A stretch of 20,000 nucleotides of DNA, from IMG/VR virus record IMGVR_UViG_3300033994_000436; one strand, given 5' to 3'. The number at the start of each line of letters is the position of its first letter. Within the stretch, counting starts at the first letter, position 1. A program made the position numbers and the translations under genes. Source of the stretch: an uncultured virus (IMG/VR IMGVR_UViG_3300033994_000436). Lineage: Duplodnaviria; Heunggongvirae; Uroviricota; Caudoviricetes. Positions 17,679-20,000 of this stretch are shown in pieces. The notes below the pieces were generated by a model. It was not told where the DNA came from, did no database searches, and saw nothing but the letters and a program-made list of their open reading frames with translations.

Positions 17679-17930
17679 TTATGAGAAGCTGTTCTCTCCT
17701 TCTTCTTCGTCTTCGTCAACATCAAAAACGCCTTCATGCCATTTATCTATGTGGTTTTGAATAGCAAACTTGTTTCCTTGTAGGATGTGGGTGTGTTGCG
17801 TTTCGCCATCTTCTGACACCCAATTAATGAATAATGCCATGTTGGAGAAATGCTCCGTAATGATAGAAATAGCTCTTTTAAGCTCTTCCCATTCGGCATC
17901 TGTTATATTGTCAGGTTTTGGAAGATTCAT
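17679..17930 (-). CDS. Hypothetical acidic protein (83 aa; start revised to 17930)
   Basis: ATG overlaps the endolysin stop (TAATG) and its TAA abuts the phosphoesterase ATG; acidic C-tail DVDEDEEEGE. Confidence 0.7.
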   Translation of the reverse strand: MNLPKPDNITDAEWEELKRAISIITEHFSNMALFINWVSEDGETQHTHILQGNKFAIQNHIDKWHEGVFDVDEDEEEGENSFS

Positions 17931-18541
17931 TATGCACAATTCTCAACAAGTTTTGCCTCTGCTTCTCTTCTGCGAACAAGGCCATCCATGTTTTTGTTTG
18001 CCCACAATCTTTTCATGCTTCTTAACTGTTGGGCAATCCCAGAATAATCTTTTTGTGGGACAATATTTTTTATTTCCCTCATTTCAGACCTGCTTTCACC
18101 AGATAGGCTACCACCGCGATTGAATACCAGAGATACTAATGCACCATATGCATCGTCGCATAGCTGATCAAGACTAGGAAATGTCCGTTCCGCCAGTTTT
18201 GCAAATTTGGGCCATGTTGTTTTTTCAAAAATGGATTGGGCTTGTTGCCAAGATACAGATATTCCGGCATCTCGTAGCTTTTTAGTGTATTCTTTCCCAG
18301 CTTCTCCTGTTTTTCCAGTCGCACCTTGAATAAGTTTGATTTGATTTTGTGGAAGGAAATCAAAAATGTCAGCAAGTTCTGATGCTGTGTAATATGCGCA
18401 GTCGATTCCAATACCTATTGTCGGCCCAGATGCGCCAGCAGGCCAAGTAAACCTGCTCAGATATTTATTGTAATAAGATTCTCCACCGCCAACCTCATAA
18501 TCATACAAAAGTTTTAATGTATTCTTAGACGGATGTTTCAT
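17930..18541 (-). CDS. Endolysin, pesticin C-terminal-like / GH24 lysozyme-fold muramidase (203 aa)
   Basis: YEVGG (catalytic Glu candidate), SGPTIGIGID, ALVSLVFNRG, GLVRRREAEAKL. Confidence 0.85.
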   Translation of the reverse strand: MKHPSKNTLKLLYDYEVGGGESYYNKYLSRFTWPAGASGPTIGIGIDCAYYTASELADIFDFLPQNQIKLIQGATGKTGEAGKEYTKKLRDAGISVSWQQAQSIFEKTTWPKFAKLAERTFPSLDQLCDDAYGALVSLVFNRGGSLSGESRSEMREIKNIVPQKDYSGIAQQLRSMKRLWANKNMDGLVRRREAEAKLVENCA

Positions 18542-18869
18542 CAGTAGTGGTTGTGTAATCTTCTTCTTTTGCGTTGTGAGTTATTTTTTCAAATATGTCC
18601 TGCTTTACTTTGGTAATGGAGGAAACGACTTCTTGAATTTGGTTTGTTCCAACCTTCCAATCGTACACCATTCTGCCAGTAACCATGAAGACAACGATGG
18701 CTCCTGTGACGTACATGGCATTCGTCGTAATCGTGACGAATCCTGCGTATGCTTCTGGTGGCAAAGAATAAAAATGACCTGCGGCCCACTTCCAAGATAG
18801 TTGGACTATGGAAATGCCAAAAACACTAATAACTAATCTTTGTGATACTGCTGGCTTTAAGGGGAACAT
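18525..18869 (-). CDS. Holin/antiholin-like membrane protein (114 aa)
   Basis: Two hydrophobic segments and charged C-terminus; overlaps endolysin start by 17 nt. Confidence 0.6.
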   Translation of the reverse strand: MFPLKPAVSQRLVISVFGISIVQLSWKWAAGHFYSLPPEAYAGFVTITTNAMYVTGAIVVFMVTGRMVYDWKVGTNQIQEVVSSITKVKQDIFEKITHNAKEEDYTTTTDETSV

Positions 18870-19501
18870 GGTAGTTTGTTTCCTTTTTTAATGTTTATTA
18901 TTGCTGGCAAAAGTTGAAGATTTGATAACTTATGAAGTCCACCTTTGGATAGGGGATAAATATGATCTACATGAAACTGAATACCAGTACAATCTGATAT
19001 TCTTTTCCTTGCTTTGTATATTTCGTTTATAGTTAGTCTTTCTTCAATATCTAATATACTTGTTTGACTTTTTCTTCTAGCCCTCTGCTTACTATTATAT
19101 GCAATAAACCTGTGTTTGTTGTTTTGAATCCATTTCTTTTGCGCCTCTTTTGCTAAATCTGGATTTTCATTTCTCCATTTCTTCATGCGTTGACGATTGC
19201 GAGCAAGAACCCTTTCTCTGTGTTTTGTCCTATATTTTTGGGATCTTATCTTTTGGCTTTCTTCAAATTTTACTGGGTCTTTTTCTTTTGTGGATCTCGC
19301 GTGTTCTCTTTTTAGCATCCTATATCTCTCTCTATCTGAATCCCTATATTTATTTCCACTCAAAAGGTTCTTTAATTTCATTTCGTGAAATTTTTGTTCA
19401 GAAACCCAATATTCGCTATTTTTTCTTTGCTTTTTATACTCCCAGAAAACCATTCCATCTTCACGAACGTTGCCACGCTTGAATCGTGTGTCTGTTTGCA
19501 T
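18857..19501 (-). CDS. Free-standing HNH endonuclease (214 aa)
   Basis: C-terminal HVDHIYPLSKGGLHKLSNLQLLPAIINIKKGNK; long Lys/Arg-rich helical N-terminal region; visibly more AT-rich than neighbours. Confidence 0.9.
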   Translation of the reverse strand: MQTDTRFKRGNVREDGMVFWEYKKQRKNSEYWVSEQKFHEMKLKNLLSGNKYRDSDRERYRMLKREHARSTKEKDPVKFEESQKIRSQKYRTKHRERVLARNRQRMKKWRNENPDLAKEAQKKWIQNNKHRFIAYNSKQRARRKSQTSILDIEERLTINEIYKARKRISDCTGIQFHVDHIYPLSKGGLHKLSNLQLLPAIINIKKGNKLPCSP

Positions 19502-19509
19502 TTAAAGAA

Positions 19510-19878
19510 TCATGGGCGAAACTTCCATGCCGTCTTAATCCCCACATAAACCACTACACATAAAATGCCAGAAATTGTAATAATTCGCCAAGTCCACAAC
19601 TCTTTAAGTGCCTTGATTTGTTTTGCGTGCCAGTATGAAGCATCGTTTTGAGCCTTGGCCAGATCCTTTGCCTGCTGGTCAACTTGAGCTTCGTAAATAT
19701 CGACTGCGGTGATTAGCTCTTTAATCGCCGCATTTCCTGCGGTGTTTGTAACGTGCGGCTTAAGCCGTTCAATACCAGACTTAACCGCAACAACGGAAGG
19801 AGGCGTGTACTTTACAGGCTCCTTGGATGCACAACCAATAAGAAGTGCTGATGCACAAATAATAAGGATTTTGTTCAC
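19510..19878 (-). CDS. Candidate unimolecular spanin: lipoprotein signal + coiled coil + C-terminal TM helix (122 aa; start revised to GTG 19878)
   Basis: GTG overlaps the upstream TGA (GTGA); MNKILIICASALLIG-C lipobox; heptad-rich middle; TM IITISGILCVVVYVGI followed by KTAWKFRP; within lysis cassette. Confidence 0.7.
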   Translation of the reverse strand: MNKILIICASALLIGCASKEPVKYTPPSVVAVKSGIERLKPHVTNTAGNAAIKELITAVDIYEAQVDQQAKDLAKAQNDASYWHAKQIKALKELWTWRIITISGILCVVVYVGIKTAWKFRP

Positions 19879-20000
19879 TTGATTAGCTTCTTGATTCCAG
19901 CAACGATGGCTAGGCAACCAGCCAGCAAGGAAACAAGCAGGGTTGTGTTTTGCAACCACACATGGGTTGAGTCAAAAAAAGAAGCCACAAGAGAGACTAA
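19875..20000 (-). CDS. Small holin-like membrane protein, 3' part only (not in ORF track)
   Basis: Frame from 20000 reads LVSLVASFFDSTHVWLQNTTLLVSLLAGCLAIVAGIKKLIK*: two hydrophobic stretches, basic C-terminus, stop coupled to the spanin start. Confidence 0.6.
   Translation of the reverse strand, partial: LVSLVASFFDSTHVWLQNTTLLVSLLAGCLAIVAGIKKLIK

Noticed and set aside
176..19482. Numerous plus-strand ORFs and short alternative-frame minus-strand ORFs in the track (e.g. 176..670, 4316..4909, 6241..6807, 12117..12614)
   Set aside because: All lie within tightly coupled minus-strand genes, lack recognisable motifs and look like antisense/shadow frames.
19879..19959. 27-aa N-terminal extension of the spanin ORF
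   Set aside because: Overlaps the upstream membrane-protein gene and would bury the lipoprotein signal; GTGA coupling supports 19878.
1..20000. Stop-codon reassignment (alternative genetic code)
   Set aside because: TAA, TAG and TGA all terminate genes that are immediately followed by the next start; coding density is near complete under code 11.
1..20000. CRISPR array, tRNA, DGR template/variable repeats, intron or intein, rho-independent terminators
   Set aside because: No spaced direct repeats, cloverleaf, near-identical ~100-nt repeat pair, RT gene, splicing motifs or convincing hairpin+U tract seen; intergenic gaps are at most 50 nt. Protein repeats in the adaptor are too diverged at DNA level to be DGR-like.

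Overview
This window is a densely coding (all genes on the minus strand, standard code 11) segment of a tailed dsDNA phage with podovirus-like gene content, covering the lysis-to-virion late region. In transcription order (right to left): partial holin-like membrane gene, candidate unimolecular spanin, HNH endonuclease, second holin-like gene, pesticin/GH24-type endolysin, a small acidic protein + calcineurin-like metallophosphoesterase + Cys-rich winged-helix trio, a 1023-aa tail fibre/spike with an SGNH esterase, two acidic/low-complexity proteins, a 1318-aa head-tail-adaptor-like protein swollen by nested beta repeats, a tail nozzle-like protein, a GNAT-like protein, and a run of Gln/Ala/Gly-rich internal (ejection) proteins ending in a >629-aa ORF that runs off the window and is missing from the ORF track. 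The most striking observations: (i) extreme avoidance of restriction-type sites (no CCNGG and hence no Pro-Gly dipeptide; CCGG only as TCCGGC/GCCGGA; no GGWCC; GCWGC only in the tail-fibre gene); (ii) the giant nested-repeat adaptor; (iii) a GNAT-like gene next to three Met-Gly-Gly-starting ejection proteins, with a tandem paralogue pair and an apparently split gene; (iv) SD-less starts with a recurring TTGC-N-TAA promoter-like motif. All family calls are by motif recognition and synteny, and motif counts are manual; no database searches were run.
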